64,000 bases of DNA from Macrostomum lignano (GCA_002269645.1 NIVC01003234.1:1-64000); one strand, 5' to 3'; shown: positions 33,787 through 47,560, counted from the first letter of the stretch. Translations and numbers: made by a program. Notes: generated from the sequence alone by a model not told the origin.

Positions 33787-36700
33787 ATGTCTGCCGCTGT
33801 TTCGCCAGCTCAGCCGCCGACGCAGCAGCAGGCGACTCTCTACGCCGGCTACGACGAGGACCTGTCCGAGAATCCGTTCTTTCAGCGGCTCAAGACCGAG
33901 GCCGCCTCCATCTATAATAGCGCTGCTGCCAAGGGCTGGCTGGTGAGGCCGTGGCTGAAATTCTGTCTGGTTCAGGCTGTCTGCCTGCTGCAGGGATCTG
34001 TCTGGTTCAGGGTGTCTGCCTGCTGCAGGGATCTGTCTGGTTCAGGCTGTCTGCCTGCTGCAGGGATCTGTCTGGTTCAGGCTGTCTGCCTGCTGCAGGG
34101 ATCTGTCTGGTTCAGGCTGTCTGCCTGCTGCAGGGCTCTGTCTGGTTCAGGCTGTCTGCCTGCTGCAGGGCTCTGTCTGGTTCAGGCTGTCTGCCTGCTG
34201 CAGGGATCTGTCTGGTTCAGGCTGTCTGCCTGCTGCAGGGATCTGTCTGGTTCAGGCTGTCTGCCTGCTGCAGGGCTCTGTCTGGTTCAGGCTGTCTGCC
34301 TGCTGCAGGGATCTGTCTGGTTCAGGCTGTCTGCCTGCTGCAGGGATCTGTCTGGTTCAGGCTGTCTGCCTGCTGCGGGGATCTGTCTGGTTCAGGCTGT
34401 CTGCCTGCTGCAGGGATCTGTCTGGTTCAGTGTGTTCTGCCTGCTGCAGGGATCTGTCTGGTTCAGGCTGTCTGCCTGCTGCAGGGATCTGTCTGGTTCA
34501 GGCTGTCTGCCTGCTGCAGGGATCTGTCTGGTTCAGGCTGTCTGCCTGCTGCAGGGCTCTGTCTGGTTCAGGCTGTCTGCCTGCTGCAGGGATCTGTCTG
34601 GTTCAGGTTGTCTGCCTGATGCAGGGATCTGTCTGGTTCAGGCTGTCTGCCTGCTGCAGGGATCTGTCTGGTTCAGGCTGTCTGCCTGATGCAGGGATCC
34701 GTCTGGTTCAGGCTGTCTACCTGATCCAGGGATCTGTCTGGTTCAGGGTGTTCTGCCTGATGCAGGGATCTGTCTGGTTCAGGCTGTCTGCCTGCTGCAG
34801 GGATCTGTCTGGTTTAGGGTGTCTGCCTGATGCAGGGATCTGTCTGGTTATGAGTGTTTTTGTGTCTAGGTGACCGATTCCATGTGCCCGAGTGTGTCTG
34901 TTGCATTGTGTCTGAGTGTCCGATTCTGAGTGTGTACATGAATTGTTCAAGGAGTCTGGGTGTTCGTCTGTCTGACTGGTGTCTGCTTATCATTGGTTCA
35001 GATGTCTGGGTCAGTGGGTGAGGTGTCTGTGGGTCACTCTTCGTGCACCTGTCTACCTGTCGCTCCCGCCTGCCCGCCCCGCAGGTGGCCGTACCCCGGC
35101 TGGGCAGCTACGCTGAGGACTCGCCGCCGGACGAAAGTGAATTCCTCAGCCACGTCCTGGTGGCCGTGAGCGCCGACGACGGCTCGTACAAGACCCTGAA
35201 GAACCAGGTGAGGCGCTGGGCTGGGAGTCGGGGTGAGCCAGCCAAGCTTGGCGATTGGTGATACCAGGTAGGAATGCGTGACAATCTGTGAGAAAGTGTG
35301 CAGGATTGAGTGAGCTAAGTGAGACTGAGTGTGAGAGATGGGTGAGAGTAAGTGTGAGAGATGAATGAGAGTGAGAGATGAGTGAGACTGAAAGATGAGT
35401 GAGTGTAAAAGATGAGTGAGTGTGAGAGTTGAGTGAGACTGAGAGATGAGTGAGTGTGAGAGTAAGTGTGAAAGATGAGTGAGAGTGAGAGATAAGTGAA
35501 AGTAAGATATGAGTGAGAGTGAGAGATGAGTGAGAGTGAGAGATGAGTGAGAGTGAGAGATGAGTGAGAGTGAGAGATGAGTGAGAGTGAGAGATGAGTG
35601 AGAGTGAGAGATGAGTGAGAGTGAGAGATGAGTGAGAGTGAGAGATGAGTGAGAGTGAGAGATGAGTGAGTGTGAGAAATCAGTGAGAGTGAGAGTGAGA
35701 GATGAGTGAGTGTGAGAAATCAGTGAGAGTGAGAGTGAGAGATGAGTGAGAGTTAGAGTTTAAGATGATCAGTGAGGCAGCCGCAAAAGTCTGTCTGAGA
35801 TACGAGTACTCGATGAGCAACGGCCCGCTCGCCCCACCCGCCCGCCACATTAGCGAGTGCAGCAGGTTGGCCGCGCCCTGCGCACCGGCGAAGGCTTCGA
35901 GCACGCCAAGGAGGTGCTGATTCTATTCGACGAGCTGTTCGTGCTGGACTCGGGCAACCGGCACCGCGTGCTGTGCCTGAGCGAGCCGCTGACCGGGCCG
36001 CCCGCCGAGCCCGCCACCCGGTGGCCGGCGGGCCGGAGCCGTGGGGCAGCGGGCCGGTGTTCACTCTGTCCAGCCTGGAAGACTGCGCCGAGCTGCTGTT
36101 CGGCCGGGCCTCCCGGGAGACGCGGCTGCGGCACCGGCTGGACTCGGCCATCGCCGCCTTCTGCCACGGGCTCGGCTGCACAGACTTTGAGAATGTGGAC
36201 CAGTGCGTCCGGGCTGTGCAGGACTTGTACTCCTCCTGTCTGCACTCGGCGCTCAAGGACTCTAGGATTGTGAGTGCACTGGTTTGTGTGATCGGATCAA
36301 TCAGTTCAAACTCCTTAGAGTGCTCAGACCAATATCCCAGGTGTGCTCAGACCAATATCCCAGGTGTGCTCAGACCAATATCCCAGGTGTGCTCAGACCA
36401 ATATCCCAGGTGTGCTCAGACCAATATCCCAGGTGTGCTCAGACCGATATCCCAGGTGTGCTCAGACCAATATCCCAGGTGTGCTCAGACCAATATCCCA
36501 GGTGTGCTCAGACCAATATCCCAGGTGTGCTCAGACCAATATCCCAGGTGTGCTCAGACCAATATCCCAGGTGTGCTCAGACCAATATCCCAGGTGTGCT
36601 CAGACCAATATCCCAGGTGTGCTCAGACCAATATCCCAGGTGTGCTCAGACCAATATCCCAGGTGTGCTCAAACCAATATCCCAGGTGTGCTCAGACCAA

Positions 36701-39700
36701 TATCCCAGGTGTGCTCAGACCAATATCCCAGGTGTGCTCAGACTAATATCCCAGGTGTGCTCAAACCAATATCCCAGATGTGCTCAGACCAATATCCCAG
36801 GTGTGCTCAGACCAATATCCCAGGTGTGCTCAGACCAATATCCCAGGTGTGCTCAGACCAATATGCCAGGTGTGCTCAGACCAATATCCCAGGTGTGCTC
36901 AGACCAATATCCCAGGTGTGCTCAGACCAATATCCCAGGTGTGCTCAGACCAATATCCCAGGTGTGCTCAGACCAATATCCCTGCTCCGCTTGCACCTTC
37001 GCCAAGTGAACTCAAAGTTTCCCATCTATTCAGCAGGCATAATTCCAGTTCTGCTTACCTACTAGTGAGCCCTTTCTTTATTTAATTTTTGCACCTGTGC
37101 GTCGAGTTACTCGGCTTTGTCGCTGTCTGTTTACAGCCTCTCGGGTCTGAATAAAAAACACTAAATAGAATTATTCCATTCTGGCTGCGCTCCACTGATC
37201 TTATTTACCGAGTTGGGGCTTCTTAGCTCATACAGAACTCAGCTTTTACGGCTCAGAAAGGTGGATGCTCAAGGCATAAAGGCAGATGCTTTTGTGAGAT
37301 AGGACTTGTTCCTAAATTGAATTTTCCTCATCTCTTTGCTGCATCTCAAATCAGCTGTTTTGTCAAGCAAGAATTTCCTTTCTTCAAAGCGTTCAAGTCG
37401 TGTTGAGCTTTCAGTCTGTTTGATTTAGTAGGCCACAGAATATTAACTCTGAGTAATAGTCTTGCAGGCAGCATAATTCCGTTCTTAAAGAATTTATTTA
37501 GAAATTTCGCGTGGCACGCTTTATAATTGATTTTTAGTATAGGTGGATATCGCGAGTGTCGTGTTGAATCCAAATATCTACTCAGGCAATCCAAGCTCAG
37601 CAATAGGAAAATTGAAAGAATTCTGATCAGCATCAATGCCAATCCGAATCAGCATAGAGGGAAATCACAATCAATATCAGCATCAGGATCAAGGGAAATC
37701 CCCATCAGTATCAAGGGAAATCCCAATCAGTATCAAGGGAAATCCCAATTCAGCATCAAGGGAAGTCCCAATTTAGCATCAAGAGAATGCCAGTCAACTT
37801 TTGCCCCTCCCCGCAGCGCGAGCAGGTGAAGGCGAACTCGGTGTTCCTGGACTGCGTCAAGCTGGCCCTGGAGACCCTGGTGCTCAGCCGGGCCCACAGC
37901 CGCCTGTTCCCGGCGCTGCGCGACCTCTGCGAGTCCCGCGATGCCGCCATCAACCGGGCCGCCCGGCGCAGCCTCTACGGCTTGTCCCCGGCCAGTCTGG
38001 GCATCCGGCCGGCCATGGCCGACAATCTACCGAAGGCCCGACGCCAGCTGTCCGCCCTGGCCGGCCTCACCACCCCACTGGGCAAGTGCTCCTGCCTGCG
38101 CCGCGCTGTGCTCGCCCTGGCCGGCGAGACCGGATCTTCAGCCTCGGCGTCGGCTTCAGCTTCGTCAGCGCCGATGACAGCCGACGACCTGCTGCCGTGC
38201 CTGGTGTTCCTGCTGGCCCGCTCCGAGCAGCCGGACTGGGCCGCACACATGGCCTACATGCGCCGCTTCCGGTTCGCCCGGCCGCGGAATCACGACGAGT
38301 TCGACTATTTCCTCAGCTCTCTGGAGGCCGCCATGGATTACCTGGCCACCACCTGGGCCAGCGGGCCGCCGCCGCCGCCGCCAGCGCCAACCCCGAGCGG
38401 CGGGCGTCTCAACGACGCCGACAGCCTGTGGGTGGCCGTTCGCGAAGGCGACGTGGCTCGAGCGCGCGATCTGCTGAGCCGCTGGCGCGCCTCCCGCAGC
38501 ATCGAGGCCGAGCTGGCTTCTCCAGCATCCGATGAGTCGCCTCTGGGCGGCCTGCCCGCGCTCTGCCACCCGCTGTGCCGCTGCGCCAAGTGCGAGGCCG
38601 CCCTGGCCGCCGCTCGGCTGGCCCGCCTCGGTGACGCCGAGACCGCGGCCAGCGTTGAGCAGCGGAACGAGCGGAACTGGACTCGTGAGTCCCCCGGACT
38701 GGGCAGGGAGAACTATAAGGGTCTAGAAATTCCTTGAGCTCTTCAGACACCTTCAGATTCCTGACGCTTACTGAGTTGTGGGATCTGGGGACCTTCGGAT
38801 TCTTCCTTCTATTCTAACTTCGTGTGCTGAATAGCAATTTCCCTTGAGCTGCATCCTGATGAGCACTTTAGCTCGATTGGCTTTCCTTTCGACTGTCTGT
38901 TCTGAACTCCCCAGCAGCTAATTGCGCTGGCCGCATTGCAATTAGCGCTTTTGTGGTCACGCACAGCCTCCGATCCACGTATAGGCCATAGTTTTTCATA
39001 ATCCGTTTTTTGTTTCCGTTTTCTGGCAAGCCAAAAATTCCATATTCAACCAATAATTTCAAATGTTTAGAACATGCACGTGCCTAATAACACCGGAAAA
39101 TCTGTCGTTTATAACTTGTTTAATGAAGATGATCAATTTTTTCAGGCGGCGATTTTTTCAATTTCCTGTTTCAATCTAACAGCTTCATCAAATTACTTGT
39201 AAATTTGTAGCTTCTAGCCTCGGGAGTGGCATGTAGATATTTAATTATTTTGTTATAACGGGATTTAGTTTCTAGGAAATACAGGTTCGGGAGTCGATGG
39301 TTTTTTTCTAGTTTTTTTTGTCCGTCTTGAATTAAATTTAATTAGAGTAGCTTTATTGCGTTCTGCTAAACAGACAACAGGTCGCAATATTGTGGAATAC
39401 GAATTGCCTCTCTGTGAAGTCTGTGACCGAGTTTCCCGGTTTTTTATTGCTATCCACCCGTAATTATATATTGTCCCACTCCCGGGGGACTCTTTGTTTA
39501 TCCGAGTTCGTTGGCGTTTGGCAATATTTGCGCAATGCAGTTTATTGCTGCCAGTGCGTCTGCAACGCGAGTTAGGAAGAAGCCAAAAAATGCCGTCTAA
39601 TTGGATTAGCGGTTGGCGGCTGCTTCCCAGGCTGGCAGTGGCAGCAGGCAAACCGCCAGTTCGAGCCCCAGACACATAAAATGGCTATTCGGCGCTGGCA

Positions 39701-42483
39701 ATTCTCGAGTCAGGATGGCCGAGTGGTCTAAGGCGCTGCGTTCAGGTCGCAGTCCTCTTCTGAGGGCGTGGGTTCGAATCCCACTTCTGACAAGATTTTT
39801 TTCTCTTTTTAATTAATTTTTCTACAAAAAATTTAATTAACGCCGACATATTTGCAAAGAACGTATCAAAAATTTCTTTGTTTTCAGCATCATTTTAAGA
39901 GATTTTCCAATTTTATTCATTTTTTAGCAAAATGTGTATTTGAAGCCATTTTAATAAACAATTTTTTGGTGCCAGCCGATATGTTTCGAAAATTACATTA
40001 TAGAGCGGGAATTTGTATATGCAAGAAAATATTGGAAATAACTTCCAATCAACTCCCACCCATGATTCACAGCGCTGCACTGCGCCGCATTCTATGGCCA
40101 TCTCGAGGTCGTGCAGCTGCTGCTGGACTCCGGCGCCGACCCCTGCGCCCTGGACTTCTCAGGCGCCACCGGCCTTCACCTGGCCGCCATGAACGGCCAC
40201 CACGAGGTTTGCCTGCTGCTGCTTCACAGCGGCTGCGACCTCTCGCTGCTGGACTGCGAAGGCATGGCGCCGCTGCACTACGGCGCAGACCGCGGCAGTC
40301 TGGAGGTGGCCCAGGCCCTGGCCTTCAACCCCAGCTGCAACGTGAGCATCCGCACTGCCGTCACCGAGGACACCCCGCTGCACATGGCGGCCAGGTGGAG
40401 CTACCGCCAGATCGTCGCCTTCCTGGTCTCCTGCGGCGCCGATCCGCGCACCGTCAATCGGCGCGGCCAGGCGCCGTCCGGCGTAGCCGCCAGCCCGCAC
40501 GTGGTCGAACTCCTGGCCACCGCAGCGGCCAACGCCGCCAACAGCCGACGACCGAAGGCGGCTTCGCAGGCAGCGGCGACGCCAACGGTCGCTAAAAAAC
40601 CCGAGGCCGAGCGGCCGCCGCGGCCGCCATCGCCGGCTCCGGTCCAGCCGAAACAGCCGACGTCGCCGCGTCGCCCTTCGTCTCTGTCGTCGTCCAGGAT
40701 GTCGGCGCCGCCGCAGTCTGAGCCCGCCGGCCTCCAGCAGCAGCAGCAGCGCGTGGAGAAGATGCTCCGCGCGGCTGCCGACGGCGACATCCAGCTGGTG
40801 CGGCACTACCTCGGCCTGCCGCCTGGCGGCGCGGACAACGAAGCCGACGAGGACGTCGACGCCGATCTGGACGGAGCGTCGTCGGCGACGGCCACCGAGG
40901 CCTCGGAAGAGGCGGTGGCTCCGTCACCCAGCAGCCTGTGCCACCCGCTGTGCCAGTGCCACCGCTGCGCCCCACTGCAGACCGCCGCAGCCGCTTCCTC
41001 GCCGTTCGACGCCAGCGGCCGCAGCTCCGCCGCCCCGGCGCCGCCCGCACTGACGGTGAATTCGGCCAGCAGCGACGGCTTCACCCTGCTGCACGTGGCC
41101 GCCATCCACGGCCACACCCGGCTGGCCGGCTTTGCGCTGGACCGCCGGGCCGCCCCGGACTGCCGCACCCGCGCCGGCGGCTTCACGCCCGTCCACTTCG
41201 CCTGCCAGCACAGCCGGCCGCAGGCGCTGCGCTTCCTGCTGCACCGGGGCTGCGACCCGGCCGCCAGGGACAACCAGGGCAACACGCCGCTGCATTTGTG
41301 CGCCATGAAGGGCCACGTGGACTGCGCCAGCGTCATCTTGGAGGTGAGCAGACTGCTCATTGCTTTGCCTCTGCTTTATAGTACACATTGTACTTTTCCC
41401 GTTCAACCTAGACAGCCACTGTTCAATCTAGAGGCAGCCACTGTTCAATCTAGAGACAGCCACTGTTCAAACTAGAGACAGCCACTGTTCAAACTAGAGA
41501 CAGCCACTGTTCAATCTAGAGACAGCCACTGTTCAATCTAGAGACAGCCACTGTTCAATCTAGAGACAGCCACTGTTCAATCTAGAGACAGCCACTGTTC
41601 AATCTAGAGACAGCCACTGTTGAATCTAGAGACAGCCACTGTTCAATCTAGAGACAGCCACTGTTCAATCTAGAGACAGCCACTGTTCAATCTAGAGACA
41701 GCCACTGTTCAATCTAGAGACAGCCACTGTTCAAACTAGAGACAGCCACTGTTCAATCTAGAGACAGCCACTGTTCAATCTAGAGACAGCCACTGTTCAA
41801 TCTAGAGGCAGCCGCTGTTCAATTTAGACAGTTTTATCAAAATTGAGCAAAAAATGCCTATCAATTTTCGTCAGTAGTATGAATCGCGTGTTAATTTTAT
41901 TTATTCCCCCCACCGCCGCCGCCCAGACCGGGCCGGCCTGGCTGGTGAACTCGGTGAACGGCCGCGGCAACAGCCCGCTGCACGAGGCTGCCCGCGCTGC
42001 TACCCGGCCATGTGCGACCTGCTGCTGCGCCACGGCGCCACGCCCGACCAGCGCAACCGCCAGCAGCTGGCGCCCTATCAGCTGACCGGCGATCCGCAGG
42101 TCCTCGGCATGCTGCGCCGCCGTCCGGAAGCTGCGCCAGCCTCGCCGACGCTGCGAGCACAGCTGGCAGGCGCTGCGGCTGCCGCAGACCTGGAGACCGA
42201 GGCCCGCAGCTCTTCCGGTGTGGGCCCGAGCCCGCCCTCCTCCCTGCTCGACTTCACCCTCACGCCGTCCTCCTCGCTGCTCACCGACCAGCCGCTGCCG
42301 CCGCCGCGGTCGCAGGATGACGAATCGTCCGTGTCGGGCAACGCCGAGGACGACGGCGACGCCAATGGCGACGAGGACGGCGGCGAGAAGCGGCGCTCAG
42401 CGGCGGAGCTGTGCCGGCCGCGGCCAGCCGACTACAAGCTGACGTTCTCGTCCGACTGCGACAGCCCGCAGCACGCGGCCTGA
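33787..42483 (+). CDS. ANKRD27: ANKRD27/VARP (VPS9 domain plus ankyrin repeats); exons 33787-33942, 35085-35207, 35854-36269, 37817-38684, 40073-41343, 41927-42483; apparent 1-nt deletions at ~36018 and ~41998
   Basis: YDEDLSENPFF N-terminus, VPS9 motifs ADDLLPCLVFLL and YFLSSLEAAMDY, two Zn 'fingernail' motifs CHPLCRCAKC and CHPLCQCHRC, and two ankyrin blocks. Splice phases are consistent. Confidence 0.92.
33960..34850. repeat. 35-bp tandem repeat (gggatctgtctggttcaggctgtctgcctgctgca), ANKRD27 intron 1
   Basis: About 25 copies starting right after the donor. Confidence 0.95.
35320..35755. repeat. GA-rich 17-bp repeat (gatgagtgagagtgaga), ANKRD27 intron 2
   Basis: Direct inspection. Confidence 0.9.
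36320..36982. repeat. 23-bp tandem repeat (agaccaatatcccaggtgtgctc), ANKRD27 intron 3
   Basis: About 28 copies. Confidence 0.95.
39709..39792 (+). tRNA. tRNA-Leu(CAG), in ANKRD27 intron 4
   Basis: GTCAGGATGGCCGAGTGGTCTAAGGCGCTGCGTTCAGGTCGCAG..GCGTGGGTTCGAATCCCACTTCTGACA: class II cloverleaf, anticodon loop ttCAGgt, and a T-run terminator just downstream. Confidence 0.97.
41405..41825. repeat. 22-bp tandem repeat (agagacagccactgttcaatct), ANKRD27 intron 5
   Basis: About 19 copies. Confidence 0.95.
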
Positions 42484-42989
42484 GTGGGGGGGGGGCAGGC
42501 TGGGCTGATCTCCATCCAATCCTGCACTTCAGCGCCTTGTTTTGCATGCCATGATCGCTTATATTGTCAATAATTCGATGCTTTCACTAAGATCTACTTA
42601 GATTCTGTCCTATAAGTAGTATTTGAAACAATTTTTCTTCCTATTTACTTGGTACGCGGATAAAATTAATTTCAACGCCTAATATTGAACTTGATTACAT
42701 AATGCGAGTGCTGAGCTCTCCATGCTCAGCTTGGTGTACTTATTCAGAGCTGATCACGTGACCCTGCCATTCGATTTTAATCCTTTGTTTGATTTGTTTC
42801 TTTCAATTTCATTAGGGATGCTTTGAGTTAACGGCTTGAGTTTGGGCTTACTATTGCTCTCTCTCTCTCTCTTTGTCGTTTGCCTGACATTGCAGGCTGG
42901 GATTGTCTGCGGAACTTGTCAGACATCAACATCTTGTCAGGAGCTGGTCAGATAGTATCAATAAGCCAGGCAGTCAATATGCCGCGCTT

Positions 42990-43280
42990 GTCTGGTAATA
43001 TCTGGAACTTGTCAGACTATATCGGGAACTTGTCAGTCAGAAGATATCTGGAACTTGTCAGACTATATCGGGAACTTGTCAGTCAGAAGATATCTGGAAC
43101 TTGTCAGACTATATCGGGAACTTGTCAGTCAGAAGATATCTGAAACTTGTCAGACGATATCTGGAACTTGTCAGACGATATCTGGAACTTGTCAGACGAT
43201 ATCTGGAACTTGTCAGACGATATCTGGAACTTGTCAGACGATATCTGGAACTTGTCAGGCGATATCTGGAACTTGTCAGA
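42990..43280. repeat. 21-bp repeat (gacgatatctggaacttgtca) with a longer dimeric variant
   Basis: Direct inspection. Confidence 0.9.
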
Positions 43281-44519
43281 CGCGAAGCTCAGAAACTTGT
43301 CGAGAAATTCCATGAGCTTTATAAAACTGATACAAATGAACTTGTCAGACAGGAGGGATTTGCTGCTGCTTCGTCGTGTGCAGGCGGTGGCCGATCGGCT
43401 GCCTGACTCGATCCCATTTAACGTTTTTCGCTCTCCTCTCTGCCTACACGCTGCAGTCATTCCGAAAGCAAGCCATTTGCTTTGATTGTCTTTTTGGCCA
43501 AGTTTTTGCTCAACACCTCTGCAGGTGGCTGAGTTTGCCCTGCCGAGAGCATGCGGCTTAATGCAGGCCAATTATCTGCCACAGTGTCTGAGCTGGGAAT
43601 TCCCGAGCGCCTGTCTGCCCGCGTTCCAAAGCGGTTGAACAATTTCTCCAAAAATTGAATAAAGCAGTGCAGAGCAGCAGAGAAAAAGTTGTGCCAGATT
43701 TTGTACCCGCTTTGCAGAGCCGAGCCTCTCTCCCGATCGCTCCATGTTTTCAATTGGTATTCTCGCGCGCGAGCTTGAAGAAAATTATTTCTCCGAGCAA
43801 AAGGAACACTTCTTCTTGGGTGCGAGGATCTGGGAGGGGAGGAGGGCGCGGCTCGGATGGCGAAGCCGAGGCAGGAAGGGGCGGCGCCCCGGCAACAGTC
43901 ATAAAAGGCCCGCGCTGCGGCGCCGGCAGAAACACGAAAGCCCTCGAGAGGAACTTGGGAGACAAGTGCTGCAAGTTAATTTGAAAAGTCTTCAATAATT
44001 TATCGCCTTTAGCAGTTTTTCCCTTCTTTTTTCTCCGTCTTTGCGAGTCGGAGGTGGCCGACTGTTAATCTGATCTCTCCCAGCCTCTCATGCGCTGCAT
44101 AATTAAAATAAACTGCGAGCCCGGGCCCGGGTTTCGGTTCGGAAAAGTTTAAATTATTCACCGCCTCTCGCTGCTCATCCCAGTCGGTGTCCCCCCCCCG
44201 ACTCTCGGCGTCTCCGCCTCCCTGCCCGCATCGGCTGGCAGAAACTTCTTGTGCGCCCGGCAATTAGCGGGCCGGCACCTGCAGCCTCTCCTTCGACATC
44301 TCCGACAGCTTTCCGATCGGCATTGAAGAATTTATCGGGCGGGATTTCTGCGCTGCTCAGGCGGGCCGGATGTGCGCTGAGACTTCTCAAGTCTGCAGGG
44401 CCACTCGTTTCTGTCACTGCTTTTGCAAGGCGTTGCTTGTGCGGGATGAGGGGAATTTCAGTGACTTGTAGGATGAGCGCCATCAGTTGCTGGGACTGGG
44501 TGACGGTGCTATTAGTGAC

Positions 44520-47500
44520 AGTCAGTGCCGGGAGTGACAGTTCATGCTAGGAGTGACAGTTCATGCTAGGAGTGACAGTCCATGCTAGGAGTGACAGTCC
44601 ATGCTCGGAGTGACAGTTCATGCTAGGAGTGACAGTTCATGCTAGGAGTGACAGTTCATGCTAGGAGTGACAGTTCATGCTATGAGTGACAGTCAGTGCC
44701 AGGAGTGACAGTTCATGCTCGGAGTGACAGTCCATGCTAGGAGTGGCAGTCCATGCTAGGAGTGACAGTACATGCTCGGAGTGACGTTCATGCTAGGAGT
44801 GACAGTCCATCCTGTCCATGCTAGGAGTGAAAATTCATGCTAGGAGTGACAATTCATGCTAGGAGTGGCAGTCCATGCTAGGAGTGACAGTCCATGCTCG
44901 GAGTGACGTTCATGCTAGGAGTGACAGTCCATGCTCGGAGTGACGTTCATGCTAGGAGTGACAGTCCATCCTGTCCATGCTAGGAGTGACAGTTCATGCT
45001 AGGAGTGACAGTCCATGCTAGAAGTGACAGTCCATGCTAGGAGTGACAGTCCATGCTAGGAGTGACAGTCCATCCTGTCCATGCTAGGAGTGACAATTCA
45101 TCCTAGGATTGACAGTCCATGCTAGAAGTGACAGTCCATGCTAGGAGTGACAGCCCATGCTAGGAGTGACAGTCCATGCTAGGAGTGACAGTCCATGCTA
45201 GGAGTGACAGTCCATCCTGTCCATGCTCGGAGTGACGTTCATGCTAGGAGTGACAGTCCATGCTCGGAGTGACGTTCATGCTAGGAGTGACAGTCCATCC
45301 TGTCCATGCTAGGAGTGACAGTTCATGCTAGGAGTGACAGTCCATGCTAGAAGTGACAGTCCATGCTAGGAGTGACAGTCCATGCTAGGAGTGACAGTCC
45401 ATCCTGTCCATGCTAGGAGTGACAATTCATCCTAGGATTGACAGTCCATGCTAGAAGTGACAGTCCATGCTAGGAGTGACAGCCCATGCTAGGAGTGACA
45501 GTCCATGCTCGGAGTGACAATTCATGCTAGGAGTGACAGTCCATCCTGTCCATGCTAGGAGTGGCAGTTCATGCTAGGAGTGACGTTCATGCTAGGAGTG
45601 ACAGTTTATGCTAGGAGTGACAGTCCATGCTAGGAGTGACAGTCCATGCTAGCAGTGACAGTCCATGCTAGTAGTGACAGCCCATGCTAGAAGTGACAGT
45701 CCATGCTAGGAGTGACAGTCCATGCTAGGAGTGACAGTCCATCCTGTCCATGCTCGGAGTGACGTTCATGCTAGGAGTGACAGTCCATGCTCGGAGTGAC
45801 GTTCATGCTAGGAGTGACAGTCCATCCTGTCCATGCTAGGAGTGACAGTTCATGCTAGGAGTGACAGTCCATGCTAGAAGTGACAGTCCATGCTAGGAGT
45901 GACAGTCCATGCTAGGAGTGACAGTCCATCCTGTCCATGCTAGGAGTGACAATTCATCCTAGGATTGACAGTCCATGCTAGAAGTGACAGTCCATGCTAG
46001 GAGTGACAGCCCATGCTAGGAGTGACAGTCCATGCTCGGAGTGACAATTCATGCTAGGAGTGACAGTCCATCCTGTCCATGCTAGGAGTGGCAGTTCATG
46101 CTAGGAGTGACGTTCATGCTAGGAGTGACAGTTTATGCTAGGAGTGACAGTCCATGCTAGGAGTGACAGTCCATGCTAGCAGTGACAGTCCATGCTAGTA
46201 GTGACAGCCCATGCTAGAAGTGACAGTCCATGCTAGGAGTGACAATTCATTCTAGTAGTGACAGTCCATGCTAGGAGTGACAGTCAATGCTAGGAGTGAC
46301 AGTCCATGCTAGGAGTGACAGTCAATGCTAGGAGTGACGGTCCATGCTAGGAGTGACAGTCCATCCTGTCCATGCTCGGAGTGACGTTCATGCTAGGAGT
46401 GACAGTCCATGCTCGGAGTGACAATTCATGCTAGGAGTGACAGTCCATCCTGTCCATGCTAGGAGTGGCAGTTCATGCTAGGAGTGACGTTCATGCTAGG
46501 AGTGACAGTTTATGCTAGGAGTGACAGTCCATGCTAGGAGTGACAGTCCATGCTAGCAGTGACAGTCCATGCTAGTAGTGACAGCCCATGCTAGAAGTGA
46601 CAGTCCATGCTAGGAGTGACAATTCATTCTAGTAGTGACAGTCCATGCTAGGAGTGACAGTCCATGCTAGTAGTGACAGCCCATGCTAGAAGTGACAGTC
46701 CATGCTAGGAGTGACAGTCCATGCTAGGAGTGACAGTCCATCCTGTCCATGCTCGGAGTGACGTTCATGCTAGGAGTGACAGTCCATGCTCGGAGTGACG
46801 TTCATGCTAGGAGTGACAGTCCATCCTGTCCATGCTAGGAGTGACAGTTCATGCTAGGAGTGACAGTCCATGCTAGAAGTGACAGTCCATGCTAGGAGTG
46901 ACAGTCCATGCTAGGAGTGACAGTCCATCCTGTCCATGCTAGGAGTGACAATTCATCCTAGGATTGACAGTCCATGCTAGAAGTGACAGTCCATGCTAGG
47001 AGTGACAGCCCATGCTAGGAGTGACAGTCCATGCTCGGAGTGACAATTCATGCTAGGAGTGACAGTCCATCCTGTCCATGCTAGGAGTGGCAGTTCATGC
47101 TAGGAGTGACGTTCATGCTAGGAGTGACAGTTTATGCTAGGAGTGACAGTCCATGCTAGGAGTGACAGTCCATGCTAGCAGTGACAGTCCATGCTAGTAG
47201 TGACAGCCCATGCTAGAAGTGACAGTCCATGCTAGGAGTGACAATTCATTCTAGTAGTGACAGTCCATGCTAGGAGTGACAGTCAATGCTAGGAGTGACA
47301 GTCCATGCTAGGAGTGACAGTCAATGCTAGGAGTGACGGTCCATGCCAGGGGTGACAGTCCATGCCAGGGGTGACAGTCAATGCTAGGAGTGACGGTCAG
47401 TGCCAGGGGTGACAGTCAATGCTAGGAGTGACGGTCCATGCCAGGGGTGACAGTCAATGCTAGGAGTGACGGTCAGTGCCAGGGGTGACAGTCAATGCTA

Positions 47501-47560
47501 GGAGTGACGGTCCATGCCAGGGGTGACAGTCAATGCTAGGAGTGACGGTCAGTGTCGGGG
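44520..47560. repeat. 3-kb 19-bp satellite (gtgacagtccatgctagga) with higher-order blocks
   Basis: About 160 units with recurring variant strings. Confidence 0.97.

Noticed and set aside
44520-47560. CRISPR-like appearance of regular repeats (this and other arrays)
   Set aside because: Units are head-to-tail with no unique spacers, no cas genes are present, and the context is eukaryotic.
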